NCBI RefSeq assembly: GCF_032191835.1
Contig: NW_026800229.1
Span: forward strand, 248,001 to 312,000
Source of the DNA: Heteronotia binoei
Lineage: Eukaryota
Direction of reading: 5' to 3'
DNA: 64,000 bases
In this document: piece by piece, positions 46,336-58,439 of the stretch
How the letters are laid out: every line of letters begins with the position of its first letter
Numbering within the stretch: position 1 is the stretch's first letter
Made by a program: the position numbers and the translations under genes
Notes under the pieces: model-generated
Seen by the model: the letters and a program-made list of their open reading frames with translations, nothing else
Told to the model about the DNA's origin: nothing
The model's database searches: none

Positions 46336-46526
46336 CAGTGTTCCCTCTAAGCTGAGTTAGTGTGAGCTAGCTCACCGTTTTTAAGCTGGCTCACACATTT
46401 CTGTCTTAGCTGAGGAAAAACGGCCCCAGAGCAATGTAATTTCTGCAGGAGCTCACCACTTTAGTGCCAGTAGCTCATGAAGTAGAACTTTTGCTCACAA
46501 GACTCTGCAGCTTTGAGGGAACATTG
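46336..46526. mobile_element. hAT-type MITE (191 bp)
   Basis: TIRs CAGTGTTCCCTCTAAGCTG / CAGCTTTGAGGGAACATTG; 8-bp TSD CTCACTTC / CTCACTAC. Confidence 0.8.
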
Positions 46527-48604
46527 CTCACTACCTGTCCTTCTGATCTTGTGGCAGGGCGTTCCAGATTCTCAGTGGACACACTCTCTACATTCTCAGG
46601 ACCTCATAAACACATTTCATGCCCTGCCTCCTTGCCCCCCCCCAATAAAGGACCCGGCTTCCTACAGAAGAGCCCCCACTGGCTGGCCATTTTGCAGCCT
46701 CAGCCTTCCCCCCCCCCACACACACACAGAGTCCAGCCAGGGGTCTCTCTCTCCACAAGTTATGCGGAAGGCACCTGCAAGCTGGCTTATATGTGTGCCA
46801 AATCACCCTGGCATGCCATTTGGACGTGCCTACAACTGACCCTCTGCTCAGGATGGTGGCTCAGGCTTGCCCAGTCAGGTCAGATCTCAGAAGCTCAGCA
46901 GAGCCAGCCTTGGGTGGGGCGGGAGACCCCCACGGAAGTCCAGGGTGGCTGTGCAGAGACAGGGAAGGGCAAAGCAATTCGGAAGGCCTCTTGCCTTGGG
47001 AACCCGACAGACCTGTTGATGGCACCTTCCACCCCCCAGCCCCCCAATACAGCTGAATGTGTGGTCTCAGCCCCACATTTTGTCCTGGAACCTCACCTGC
47101 CCCCAAACATGGAAGGGCTCTTTCTTGCAGACAGGCAGATCTATGCCAGTTGTTTGCACCTTCACCCGGCAATTAGAAGCAGAGCAAAAGAGGGTGCAAA
47201 AGGCGCATTAAAGTGGCACCAACTCCCAGGCTGGGGAAGCCAGTCTGCCACTCGTCCCTGTTGGCCCTGAGGCCATCGCAGTCGGGGAAGACAAGAGTCC
47301 CTGGAAAAGGCAGCAGGAGGAGAGAAAGACTCAACGGGAGAGGGATGGGCTCCATTCAGGCAGCCCCAGGGGCCCTCAGCTTGCAAGACCCCCCCCCCCC
47401 AAGGCTGTTCTGGAGGCCCTTCAGCCACAGGGTCACCTGACATCAGAAGGGACACCCCTCCAGCTCTACCGCCCCTGGAACTGGCCAAAGGGCACCACCA
47501 CAGTCCCAGCGCCTGAACTAGACCCCTTGTGGGCCACGGCTCTTCTCATGGGCTGCCTGGTCTGCCCATGACCTGCCTCAAGCCCAGAGGTGGCCTGAGA
47601 GTGCAGGAAACTTCCTGAGGAGCTCTGCTTCTGTGGCCCCCTCCTCCTCCAGAGGGCTTTTCTGCCCACCGGGGCTGTTTGGATCATCAGGAAGTGGGAG
47701 AAGGGGAGGGAAATGTCTGCTGGACACGCCATAATTCCCTGTGGAGAGCGACTCCCATAGGGAATAATGGAAAATTGACCTGCGGGTATTTGGGGCTCTA
47801 GCAGGGCTGTTTTTTGAGATAGAAGCACCAATTTTCAGCATAGCATCTGGCGCCTCTCCCCAAAACACCCTCCAAGTTTCAAAAGGACTGGACAGAGGGG
47901 ATCCAATTCTATGAGCCCCCAAGAAGGTGCTTCTGCCCTTCACTATTCCAAATGGGGGGAAAGCATTGAAAAGATACGTGGTCCCTTTAAATGTGATGGC
48001 CAGAACTCCCTTTGGAGTTCAATGATGCTTGTCACACCCTTGCTCCTGGCTCCTGGAGAGCCAGTTTTGTGCAGTGGTTATGTGTGCGGACTCTTATCTG
48101 GGAGAACCGGGTTTGATTCCCCACTCCTCCACTTGCACCTGCTGGAATGGCCTTGGGTCAGCCAGAGCTCTGGCAGAAGTTGTCCTTGAAAGGGCAGCTG
48201 CTGTGAGAGCCCTCTCCAGCCCCACCCACCTCACAGGGTGTCTGTTGTGGGGGAGGAAGGGAAAGGAGATTGTGAGCCGCTCTGAGACTCTTTGGAGTGG
48301 AGGGTGGGATATAAATCCAATATCTTCATCTACCTCACAGGGTGTCTGTTGTGGGGGAGGAAGGGAAAGGAGATTGTGAGCTGCTCTGAGACTCTTTGGA
48401 GTGGAGGGCGGGATATAAATCCGATATCTTCATCTACCTCACAGGGTGTTTGTTGTGGGGGTAGGAAGGTAAAGGAGATTGTGAGCCACCCTGAGACTCT
48501 TCGGAGTGGAGGGCGGGATATAAATCTAGTATCTTCATCTACCACACAGGGTGTCTGTTGTGGTGGGGGGGGAGAGGAAGGTAAAGGAGATTGTGAGCTG
48601 CTCT

Positions 48605-50965
48605 TCAAATATATTAGAAGTAGGAAACCAGCCAGGGAGGCAGTGAGGCCCTTGGATTCTCTCTCCCTCTCGGCTTGACTTCGCGAACGAAGATTTAAGA
48701 AAGGTGCAGTAGTCCACGTCTGCTGCAGGCTCGCTGGTGGCTGACAAGACCAATGCGGGACAGGCAGGTCCGGCCATAGTGGCTGCAGGGAAAAGTTGGG
48801 TTGTGGATGTGGATACCCTTCAGGCCTGCACAGAGGAAATTTTAGGTGAAGCGCAGTGTGCGCAGTACTGGCTCCACCATTTCACCATGGGGTCATCTGC
48901 CATGGCCCAGTAAGCCGGGATGCCGGCAGCGAGTCCTCCAGGTGGTAGATGTTACATTAACAAGCTCTGTCTGCCCGGGCTTCATGTTAGAGTTGTCCTT
49001 CTCTTGGCTGGCGAGGTTGGTGAGCCCAACCTGCCCATCCGGTTATACCACCGGGCATTTGGTCGCACCATGACGTGGCAAACTCTGTGAAAATGGGGGG
49101 GACCAGCGAGAAGGTGTTGCCACGGATGCAGTAATGTAGGAGAGGCCATTGGAGTGACCATCTGCCAGGCATAGCCGGACAGTGACCACGCGGCGTTCAC
49201 TACACCGGGAAAGGAGAGGCGATGTATTGCGCATACACTCTCCATGGGGGGGGCAGGACACCCAGAGGAAGCCCCCCCCCAGGCCCTTGGATTACCATGG
49301 GGTAAAAGGATTACTGAAGGATGATAGGGAAATGGCTGAGAAACTGAATGCATATTTTGCCTCCGTCTTCACTGTGGAAGATGAGAACTTTTTGCCTGCC
49401 CCAGAACCACTAATTTTGGAAGGGGTGTTGAAAGACCTGAGTTAGATTGAGGTGACAAGAGAGGAGGTCCTACAACTGATGGACAAATTAAAAACTAATA
49501 AGTCACCGGGTCCGGATGGCATACATCCGAGAGTTCTGAAAGAACTCAAAGTTGAACTTGTGGATCTTCTAACAAAAATCTGTAATCTTTCACTGAAGTC
49601 TGCCTCCGTTCCTGAGGACTGGAAAGTAGCAAATGTTTCCCCATCTTTAAAAAGGGTTCCAGCAGATATCCGGGAAATTACAGGCCAGTCAGTCTGACTT
49701 CAATACCGGGAAAGTTGGTAGAAACCATTAGCAAGGACAGAATGAGTAGGCACATTGATGAACACGGGTTACTGAGGAAGACTCAGCATGGGTTCTGCAA
49801 GGGAAGATCTTGCCTCACTAACCTGTTACATTTCTTTGAGGGGGTGAACAAACATGTGGACAAAGGAGACCCGATAGATGTTGTTTACCTTGACTTCCAG
49901 AAAGCTTTTGATAAAGTTCCTCATCAAAGGCTCCTTAGAAAGCTTGAGAGTCATGGAGTAAAAGGACAGGTCCTCTTGTGGATCAAAAACTGGCTGAGTA
50001 ATAGGAAGCAGAGAGTGAGTATAAATGGGCAGTCTTAGCAGTGGAGGACGGTAAGCAGTGGGGTTCCGCAGGGCTCAGTACTGGGTCCCATGCTCTTTAA
50101 CTTGTTCATAAATGATTTAGAGTTGGGAGTGAGCAGTGAAGTGGCCAAGTTTGCGGATGACACTAAATTGTTCAGGGTGGTGAGAACCAGAGAGGATTGT
50201 GAGGAACTCCAAAGGGATCTGTTGAGGCTGGGTGAGTGGGTGTCAACGTGGCAGATGCGGTTCAATGTGGCCAAGTGCAAAGTAATGCACATTGGGGCCA
50301 AGAATCCCAGCTACAAATACAAGTTGATGGGGTGTGAACTGGCAGAGACTGACCAAGAGAGAGATCTTGGGGTCATGGTAGATAACTCACTGAAAATGTC
50401 AAGACAGTGTGCATTTGCAATAAAAAAGGCCAAAGCCATGCTGGGAATTATTAGGAAGGGAATTGAAAACAAATCAGCCAGTATCATAATGCCCCTGTAT
50501 TAATCGATGGTGCGGTCTCATTTGGAGTACTGTGTGCAGTACTGTGCCGCACCTCAAAAAGGATATTATAGCATTGGAGAAAGTCCAAAAAGGGCAACTA
50601 GAATGATTAAAGGGTTGGAACACTTTCCTTATGAAGAAAGGTTAAAAAGCTTGGGGCTCTTTAGTTTGGAGAAACGTCGCCTGCGGGGTGACATGAGAGA
50701 GGTTTACAAGATAATGCATGGGATGGAGAAAGTAGAGAAAGAAATACTTTTTTCCCTTTCTCACAATACAAGAACTCGTGGGCATTCGATGAAATTGCTG
50801 AGCAGACAGGTTAAAACGGATAAAAGGAAGTACTTCTTCACCCAAAGGGTGATTAACATGTGGAATTCACTGCCACAGAAGGAGGTGGCGGCCACAAGCA
50901 TAGCCACCTTCAAGAGGGGGTTAGATAAAAATATGGAGCAGAGGTCCATCAGTGGCTATTAGCCA

Positions 50966-51000
<35 letters not shown>

Positions 51001-51078
51001 AATTTATTTATTTATTTTTTTGGCCACTGTGTGACACAGAGTGTTGGACTGGATGGGCCATTGGCCTGATCTAACATG
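48605..51078 (+). mobile_element. 5'-truncated CR1 LINE (ORF2 RT region with several in-frame stops) with 3' UTR
   Basis: FKYIRSRKPAREAVRPLD / GVKGLLKDDREMAEKLNAYFASVFT, KSPGPDGIHPRVLKEL, QHGFCKGRSCLTNL, YLDFQKAFDKV, FADDTKL; ends TTCTCTTATGTTCTTATG. Confidence 0.93.
48659..49280 (-). mobile_element. Non-autonomous, internally deleted RTE-clade LINE (622 bp) inside the CR1
   Basis: 13-bp TSD AGGCCCTTGGATT (48646-48658, 49281-49293); minus strand carries a 5' UTR-like segment fused to PTFPCSHYGRTCLSRIGLVSHQRAC (RTE C-terminal motif) and a (GA)n tail. Confidence 0.8.
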
Positions 51079-52419
51079 GCTTCTCTTATGTTCTTATGAG
51101 ACTCTTTGGAGTGGAGGGTGGGATATGAATCCAATATCTTCATCTACCTTACAGGGTGTCTGTTGGAGGGGGGGGGAGAAGGTAAAGGAGATTGTGAGCT
51201 GCTCTGAGACTCTTCGGAGTGGAGGGCGGGATATAAATCCAATATCTCCATCTACCTCACAGGGTGTCTGTTGTGGGGGAGGAAGGGAAAGGAGGTTGTG
51301 AGCTGCTTTGTGACTCTTCGGAGTGGAGGGCGGGATATAAATCCAATATCTTCATCTACCTCACAGGGTGTCTGTTGTGGGGGGGAGGGAGGTAAAGGAG
51401 ATTGTGAGCCACTCTGAGACTCTTCAGAGTCGAGGGCAGGATAAATCCAATATCATCTTCTTCTTCCGCCCCGAAAGCGCGCAGATATTCCTTTAGTTAG
51501 ACCTGGCAACCCTAGCGGGCAAAGGCCCTGAGGTGAAAACTGGGGTGCCCACCTTCCCAGCCTGCCCTGGGGCCTTTGCCTTCAGCACCTCCCTGGATGG
51601 GGCAGCTTCCCCTCCTGGCAGGAGGATGGAGTGTGTGGAGAGGTTAGGTTAGGTTTAGGCCTGCTCCAGAATCCCTGGGGCCTCTAAAACAGTGTGCAGC
51701 CCAAGCTGAGGAAGCAAAGAGAGAAAATGAGGGGGTAAGGGAAGTGTAGGGGCCATGCTGGAGGTGGGGGGCAGGAGGCGGCTGAGGAAGAGAGGGTGGT
51801 GGCAGCAGCGGCAGCAGTGTGAAATAGGCCCTTTGCAGCCCTGTTGGGTTCAGCCCCCAGGAAACACTGCTGTCTGTTGCTGCTGCCTGCGTTCTGTCCA
51901 AGCAAAGCTGCCTTCGGGGGCTTGTTGGCTGGCCTGTGTTTTGGGCCCACGTGCCTTCATGATATGGAGCCAGCCAGTGTGGTAGAGTACCTGGCATAGG
52001 GTCCAAAAGAGCTGGGTTCAACTCTCCACTCAGCTGTGGAGCTCATCGGGTGAGCCAGTGACAAACTCTCAGCCTAACTTGGGGGCTTGCTGACCTTCAG
52101 GGTGGGCCTGGAGTAGGGTGGCCAGGTGTGTTTTGGAAGACACCTGGAGACTTTGAAGGTGTTTCCAGGAGAGGGCGGGGTTTGGGGAGGTGAGGGGCCT
52201 CAGCAGGGTACAAGGCCAGAGAGTCTACTCTTCCAACCAGCCAGTTTCTCCAGGGTAGCTGATCTCTGCCAGCTGGAGATCAGTTGTGAAAGCAGGAGAT
52301 CAGGCCACAAATGGAGGCTGGCAACCCTAGCCCTAGAGATTTCCTGTATTTATATATCTGGTCTCCAGATCAGCTTCCCTGGAGAAAACAGCTGCTTTGG
52401 AGGAGAACATAAGAAGATA

Positions 52420-53300
52420 AGAGAAGCCCTGTTGAATGTGGACAAGGGCCCACCCAGTCCAACACTCTGTGTCACATAAGAACAGAAGAGAAGCCAGGTT
52501 GGATCAGGCCAACGGCCCCTCCAGTCCAACACTCTCTGTCAAATAAGAACATAAGAAAAGCCCTGTTGGATCAGGCCAGTGGCCCCTCCAGTCCAACACT
52601 CTGTGTCACATAAGAACATAAGAGAAGCCCTGTTGGATCAGGCCAGTGGCCCCTCCAATCAAACACTCTGTGTCACAGCAGAACATAAGAGAAGCCCTGT
52701 TGGATCAGGCCAATGGCCCCTCCAGTCCAACACTCTGTGTCACATAAGAACAGAAGAGAAGCCATGTTGGATCAGGCCAGTGGCCCCTCCAGTCCAGCAC
52801 TCTGTGTCACAAAGGAACATAAGAGAAGCCCTGTTGGATCAGGCCAATGGCTCCTCCAGTCCAACACTCTGTGTCACATAAGAACATAAGAGAAGCCCTG
52901 TTGGATCAGGCCAATGGCCCCTCCAGTCCAACACACTGTGTCACATAAGAACATAAGAGAAGCCCTGTTGGATCAGGCCAGTGGCCCCTCCAGTCCAACA
53001 CTCTGTGTCACATAAGAACATAAGAGAAGCCCTGTTGGATCAGGCCAGTGGCCCATCCAGTCCAACACTCTGTGTCACATAAGAACATAAGAGAAGCCCT
53101 GTTGGATCAGGCCAGTGGCCCCTCCAGTCCAACACTCTTTGTCACATAAGAGAAGCCTGTTGGATCAGGCCAATGGCCCTCCAGTCCAACGCTCTGTGTC
53201 ACATAAGAACATAAAAGAAGCCCTGTTGGATCAGGCCAATGGCCCCTCCAGTCCAACACTCTGTGTCACATAAGAACATAAGAGAAACCCTCTTGGATCA
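52420..53300 (-). repeat. 67-bp CR1-3'-end tandem array (~13 units)
   Basis: Same unit; ends in a (GGAA)n microsatellite (53303-53396) at the contig end. Confidence 0.93.
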
Positions 53301-53396
53301 AGCCAAGGAAGGAAGGAAGGAAGGAGGGAAGGAAGGAAGGAAGGAGGGAGGGAGGAAGGAAGGAAGAAGGGAGGGGGAGGAAGGAAGGAAGAAAGT

Positions 53397-53662
53397 NNNN
53401 NNNNNNNNNNNNNNNNNNNNNNNNNNNNNNNNNNNNNNNNNNNNNNNNNNNNNNNNNNNNNNNNNNNNNNNNNNNNNNNNNNNNNNNNNNNNNNNNNNNN
53501 NNNNNNNNNNNNNNNNNNNNNNNNNNNNNNNNNNNNNNNNNNNNNNNNNNNNNNNNNNNNNNNNNNNNNNNNNNNNNNNNNNNNNNNNNNNNNNNNNNNN
53601 NNNNNNNNNNNNNNNNNNNNNNNNNNNNNNNNNNNNNNNNNNNNNNNNNNNNNNNNNNNNNN
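53397..53662. other. Assembly gap (266 N)
   Basis: Run of N. Confidence 1.
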
Positions 53663-54119
53663 CTTTAACTTTAAATGCTTTCTCCAAGCCAAGCTGGCTT
53701 GGCTTAGAGAAGTGATTTAAAGAGAGACATGCCTTCTCCAAGCCAGCCAACGGGGCGGTGGGGGCTTCAAGAGCCACACAATATGTTTGAAAGAGCCACA
53801 TGGGGCTTCCGAGGCTCAGTGTGGCTAAGTGAGGCCTGATCAAACTGTGGCCCTGGGTGGGTAAGAAGGACTCTGCTGCGTCAGGCTGCACTCCGGCATG
53901 GTCAGAGGCAAGCATGGCTCCCACCTGTGCCCCCCCCCCTCTGTGCTCCAAAAATCACCACTTGACTCCCATTCCTTTGGATGCAACACACTGTGCCTAT
54001 CGCTGGAAAGGAGGCAGTGGCTGGCTGGCTGGCTTGCTCCCCCTCCCCCCCCCACTGCCCAAGGCACACCCTGTGCTCTGCCCGCCCGCCGTCGCCTCCC
54101 TTCCCTCGGGATCCTCCGC

Positions 54120-54286
54120 TCCACCAAACTTCCCTCCCCCCCAACTCCCGCCAAGGCCTGGGCACACCCGGCAAGGAGGAGCTTCTGGTATAAAATCCCT
54201 CAGGAGGAGGCCCAGCTCAGCTCCAGCCTTTCCCGAAGCAGCCCAGCCAAGCTCCCGAGCGATCCACCCCCACCCGCCAGCCAGCC
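54120..54286 (+). promoter_or_regulatory. Promoter and 5' UTR of beta-globin gene 1
   Basis: TATAAAA at 54189-54195; CCAAG at 54151 where gene 2 has CCAAT; 5' UTR GCTCAGCTCCAGCCTTTCCCGAAGCAGCC shared with gene 2. Confidence 0.75.
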
Positions 54287-55879
54287 ATGGTGCACTGGAC
54301 CGAGGAAGAGAAGAAGCTCATCACCACCATCTGGGGCAAAGTGGACGTAGCGGAAACCGGCGCCAAACGCCCTGGCCTAGTACGGCACCTGGGGGCTGGG
54401 GGGGAGGGTTGCCTTGGTCACCAGCAGGGGATGGGGGTGCCAGCTCCAGGCTGGAGATTTGGGGGTGGGGCCTGCAGAAGAGAATAGCCTCAGTGGGGTA
54501 CAATAATGCCACAGAGACCACCCTCCGTATTCTCTCCAGGGAAACTGATCTCCATAGTCTGGAGCTGAGCTGTAATTCTGGAGGATCTCCAGGTCCCACC
54601 TGGAGGATGGCACCCCTAGCTGGGAGTGTGTGTGAATGAGTGAGAGTGAGAGAGAGAGAGTTGGGTGCTGCTCCACAGAGCGGGCAAGCCTGAGCCTGTG
54701 TGTTTGCCTCGCCCTCCCCAGCTTGCTGGTGGTGTACCCCTGGACCCAGAGGTTTTTTGCGGATTTTGGGAACCTGTCCAGCGCCACCGCCATTCTGCGG
54801 CAACCCCAAGGGTGCGTGCCCATGGCAAGAAGGTGCTGACCTCCTTCGGAGACGCCATCAAGAACTTGGACAACATCAAGCCGACCTTTGCCAAGCTGAG
54901 CGAGCTGCACTGCGACAAGCTCCACGTGGACCCGGAGAACTTCAGGGTGAGCTGGCACAGGGGGAGGGGTGGGGGTGATCAGCTGAGCTCCTCTCGGGCT
55001 GCCCCAGTTCCCAGGAGGGGGCAGAAACCACCCCCGTCTCCTCTGCATCCACCTTCCATGGCCAGACCCTCCCATCTCCTGTCCGTGGGAGGGAAAATCT
55101 TCCAGGAGGGGGAGAAGAGAGCTGGTGAGGTGGGCAGGAGGGGGTGGGAGAGGTGGCAAATGAGGGCAGGGCTGATAAAGGCAAGGGGTCCCCCTCAATG
55201 CCCAGGGGACCCTTCATGTTCTTCACCCAAAGGGTGATTATCACGTGGAATTCACTGCCACAGGAGGTGGCAGCAGCTACAAGCATAGACAGCTTCAAGA
55301 GGGGGACTGGATCAACATCTGGAGCAGAGGTCCATCAGTGGCTCTTAGCCACAACGTATTGTTGGAACTTTCTGTCTGGGGCAGTGAGGCTCTGGATTCC
55401 TGATGCTTGATGGGGGCACAGTGGGACGGCTTCTAGTGTCCTGGCCCCACGGGTGGACCTCCTGATGGCACCTGGGTTTCTTTTGGCCATCGTGTGCCAC
55501 AGAGTGTTAGACTGGAAGGGCCACTGGTCTAATCCAACATGGCTTTTCTTATGTTCTTATATTCTTGGTGCTTGGGGGGGGGGGGACACAGTGGGAGGGC
55601 TTCTAGCATCCTGGCCCCACTGGTGGACCTCCTGATGGCACTTGGGGGTTTTCTGGCCCCTGTGTGACACAGTGTTGGACTGGAGGGGCCACTGGCCTGA
55701 TCCAACAGGCCTTCTCTTATGTTCTTATCTTCTCCCTCTTCTCTTGCAGCTTCTGGGCGACGTCCTCACTCATCGTCATGGCCGCCCACTTCGGGAAGGA
55801 CTTCACCCCCGCCGTCCACGCCGCCTTCCACAAGCTGGTCCGCGTGGTGGCCCACGCCCTGGCTCACCGCTACCACTAG
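54287..55879 (+). CDS. HBB: Beta-type globin gene 1, 3 exons, with four 1-nt insertions (assembly errors or recent pseudogene)
   Basis: Exons 54287-54379 (93 nt vs canonical 92), 54722-54946 (225 vs 223), 55750-55879 (130 vs 129). [26 protein letters not shown]..., [65 protein letters not shown], ...ALAHRYH*. AATAAA at 55932. Confidence 0.85.
55215..55725 (+). mobile_element. CR1 3' end in intron 2 of globin gene 1
   Basis: [17 protein letters not shown] remnant plus a duplicated 3' UTR unit. Confidence 0.85.
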
Positions 55880-57319
55880 TCCCCCTGCAGGCACCCCCTG
55901 CCCCGCTCCCCACCACGTGACATCACAGCCTAATAAACGCCATGGCCTGGCAACTGACTGGACTCCCTGTACTTTTGCTGGGGCTGGGAGGGCAGTGTGG
56001 GGGGGGAGATCTTAGGGGCTCTAGTGGGGCCAGGCAAGGGGGCTCCTTTTCCTGGTGTTACCCCAGACCTCCATGGCGGGGGGGGGGGGGGGAGGAAACA
56101 TTCCCACTGGGATCTGGGAGTGTTATATGTGTATGGGGGGTGGGGGTGGGAGAGGGTCCCCAGCAATTCCCTGCTGCTTTCAGCCCTCAGGTTCCCACAG
56201 TTTGTACTCAGTGCCATGGAACACCCAGGGGAGCGCGGGGTGGGGGTGACAGAGGCTGAACAATGAAGCACCATCTACCCCAGGAAGACCGGGTTCTCTG
56301 AGCTCTTGGTTCCCCACACCCCTGGCAGCCCTTCCCTCTCCCCCCGGCCCCCCCGCCTTGGCATGTGCCCCTTCCCCCAGACCGACCTGACTCTTGTCTG
56401 CAGCAGGAAACAGAGATCCTCTGGTCACACATGTCGAGGGAGGCTCGAGAGCATGCCCGTGGGTGGATTGGGGCCTTGCATGGAGGCCCCCCCTTTCTGG
56501 CACCTCTCCAGTTCTCTAGGGCTGTCTTGGAGGAGGGAGGTGCCGGGCCTGAGCAGCTGTGACCCTTGAAGGGGGGGCCAGCCCCAGCAGAGAGGGGGGG
56601 GGATTCAGCAGGGGACAGGCTGCTGCCTCACTTGGGCCTGGCTTCACTTAAACCTCGGCCCCCTCCCTCACCCTCCTCTCCGGCACCAGCAGCCGCCCCC
56701 CCACGGCTTCCATGCCCCCCCCCACCAAGGAAAGCTTGCAGAGACTTCACACCTCTCCCTCGCTCTCGTCTCCATCAGCACCTCCCCACATAACCCCCTC
56801 TCTAGCTTTTCCACTGCAGCCCCGTCTCCAAGACCAACTGGGGAGGGGAGAAGGAACCCCCCACAAAGCTTACTTCAGTGCTTCTTGTGAGGACGGGGTG
56901 GGGGGAGATGCCTCAGGTAGGGGAAAGGCACAGGTGGGGGGGAGGGAAGGAGGGCTTTTTGGAGGGTCTGGGGGCGGGTAGAAGGGGGGGGGGGCTAGGA
57001 ACACTCTGCTCAGAGACCCTCACACTCTGGAAGCAGCCCTGTCCTCGTGGCCTTCCAATGAATCTGGCACACTGCTTGTGGGGCTTCCCTGGAGTGGCAC
57101 CCCCAGTATCTGGCTCCCTTCAGATCAGCCCTGTGAGGTAGGCAAGGCAGAAAGAGGGGGGCAGCCCAGTTCTGGCCAGAGAGTTTAATGGCTGAGAAGA
57201 CAATTGAACCCAGGTCCCGCAGTCCCTCAGCCAGGAGTCCTCCTGCAGGCACCACCCAAGCTCTCCTTGGTCGTTGGATGGGATCTCCCCCCACACTTCA
57301 TTCTCAGGAGGGTGACGAA

Positions 57320-57890
57320 GAATGGGGAGGGGTCTGGAGACCAAGTCCTATGAGGGAAGGTTGAAGGAGCTGGGCATGTTTAGCCTGGAGAGGAGGAAGT
57401 TGAGAGGTGATAGGATCACCATCTTCGAGCCCTTGAAGGTGGCCAACGGTAGCTCTCCAGATGATTTTTGCCTACAACTCCCAACAGCCCCAGCCATTGG
57501 CCATGCTGGCTGGGCTGATGGGAGTTGTAGGCAAAAAAAAACATCTGGAGAGCTACCATTGGCCACCCCTGATCTAGAGGATGGGGTGGAATGGTTTTCT
57601 GTGGCCCCAGAAGGTAGGGCCAGAACCAAGGGGTTGAAATTAAATCAAAAGAGTTTCTGCTTAACATTAGGAAGAACTTCCTGACAGAGCAATTCCTCAG
57701 TGGAACAGGCTTCCATGGGAGGTGTTGGCTCTCCTTCCTTGGAGGTTTTTAAACAGAGGCTAGATGGCCATCTGACAGCAATGGAGATCCTGTGAATTTA
57801 GGGAGAGGTGTTTGTGAGTTTCCTGCATGGTGCAGGGGTTGGACTAGATGACCCTGGGGGGGGGTCCCTTCCAACTCTATGATTCTCTGA
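57320..57890 (+). mobile_element. CR1 (second family) 3' end carrying a hAT MITE (57437-57571)
   Basis: [22 protein letters not shown]; MITE related to 32597-32731 followed by ATCTAGAG (hAT target consensus); classic CR1 terminus at ~57885. Confidence 0.85.
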
Positions 57891-58439
57891 TCCTTTTGCT
57901 TGGGGCTCACGGGCTGTTCTATGCATTTGCCACCTTGGGGGGCTGAGTGCAGGACCTCAGAGGAGCCCTGCCGGATCTGGGCAGCAAGGGTCCCTCAAGT
58001 CCAGCCTCCTGCCTCATGCCATTACTCCCAAGGAGGCCTGATGACAGTGCAGAGGTCCCCCCCCCCCCGAGGCCCTTCCCTCCAGCTCTGGACTTTGGGA
58101 TATCTGTGCAGGAGAGCAGAAGTTGCTTCACTTGCAGGGCAAAAGTTCTTCTTTTTGCTTGTGTCTGAAAATCCTGCACTCACTGGACAGCTTGGCATTG
58201 CGGGGAGGTGATGGTGGAGAGAGCAGCATCTAACCCTGACCCTCCTTAGCAGCCCTTTTCTCCTGGGGAACTGCCCTCTGGAGTTGGGAGATCAGTTGGA
58301 ATTCTGGGGCATCCCCAGGACCCACCTGGAGGTTAGCACCCTCCTCTCCCTGGGATACCTGGCTGAGAAGCCCAGCTCCAGCCTCTCTGCTCTCCGAACT
58401 GTTTTTGGCGGCTGAGCCCCGTCCTCAGGTGAAACGAGA

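Larger units (their letters stand above)
48056..51465 (+). mobile_element. Squam3-type SINE with ~104-bp tail array, split by a CR1 insertion
   Basis: SINE head at 48056; tail unit repeated at 48228-48604 and again at 51079-51465 on either side of the CR1. Confidence 0.85.

Noticed and set aside
45355-47270. 294-aa and 268-aa ORFs, and a search for FOLR1 upstream of the globins as in chicken
   Set aside because: They begin in repeats, have GC-driven composition and show no folate-receptor Cys/Trp motifs.
51641-51660. Telomere-like GGTTAGGTTAGGTTTAGG
   Set aside because: Only three imperfect units, not (TTAGGG)n; compatible with chance.
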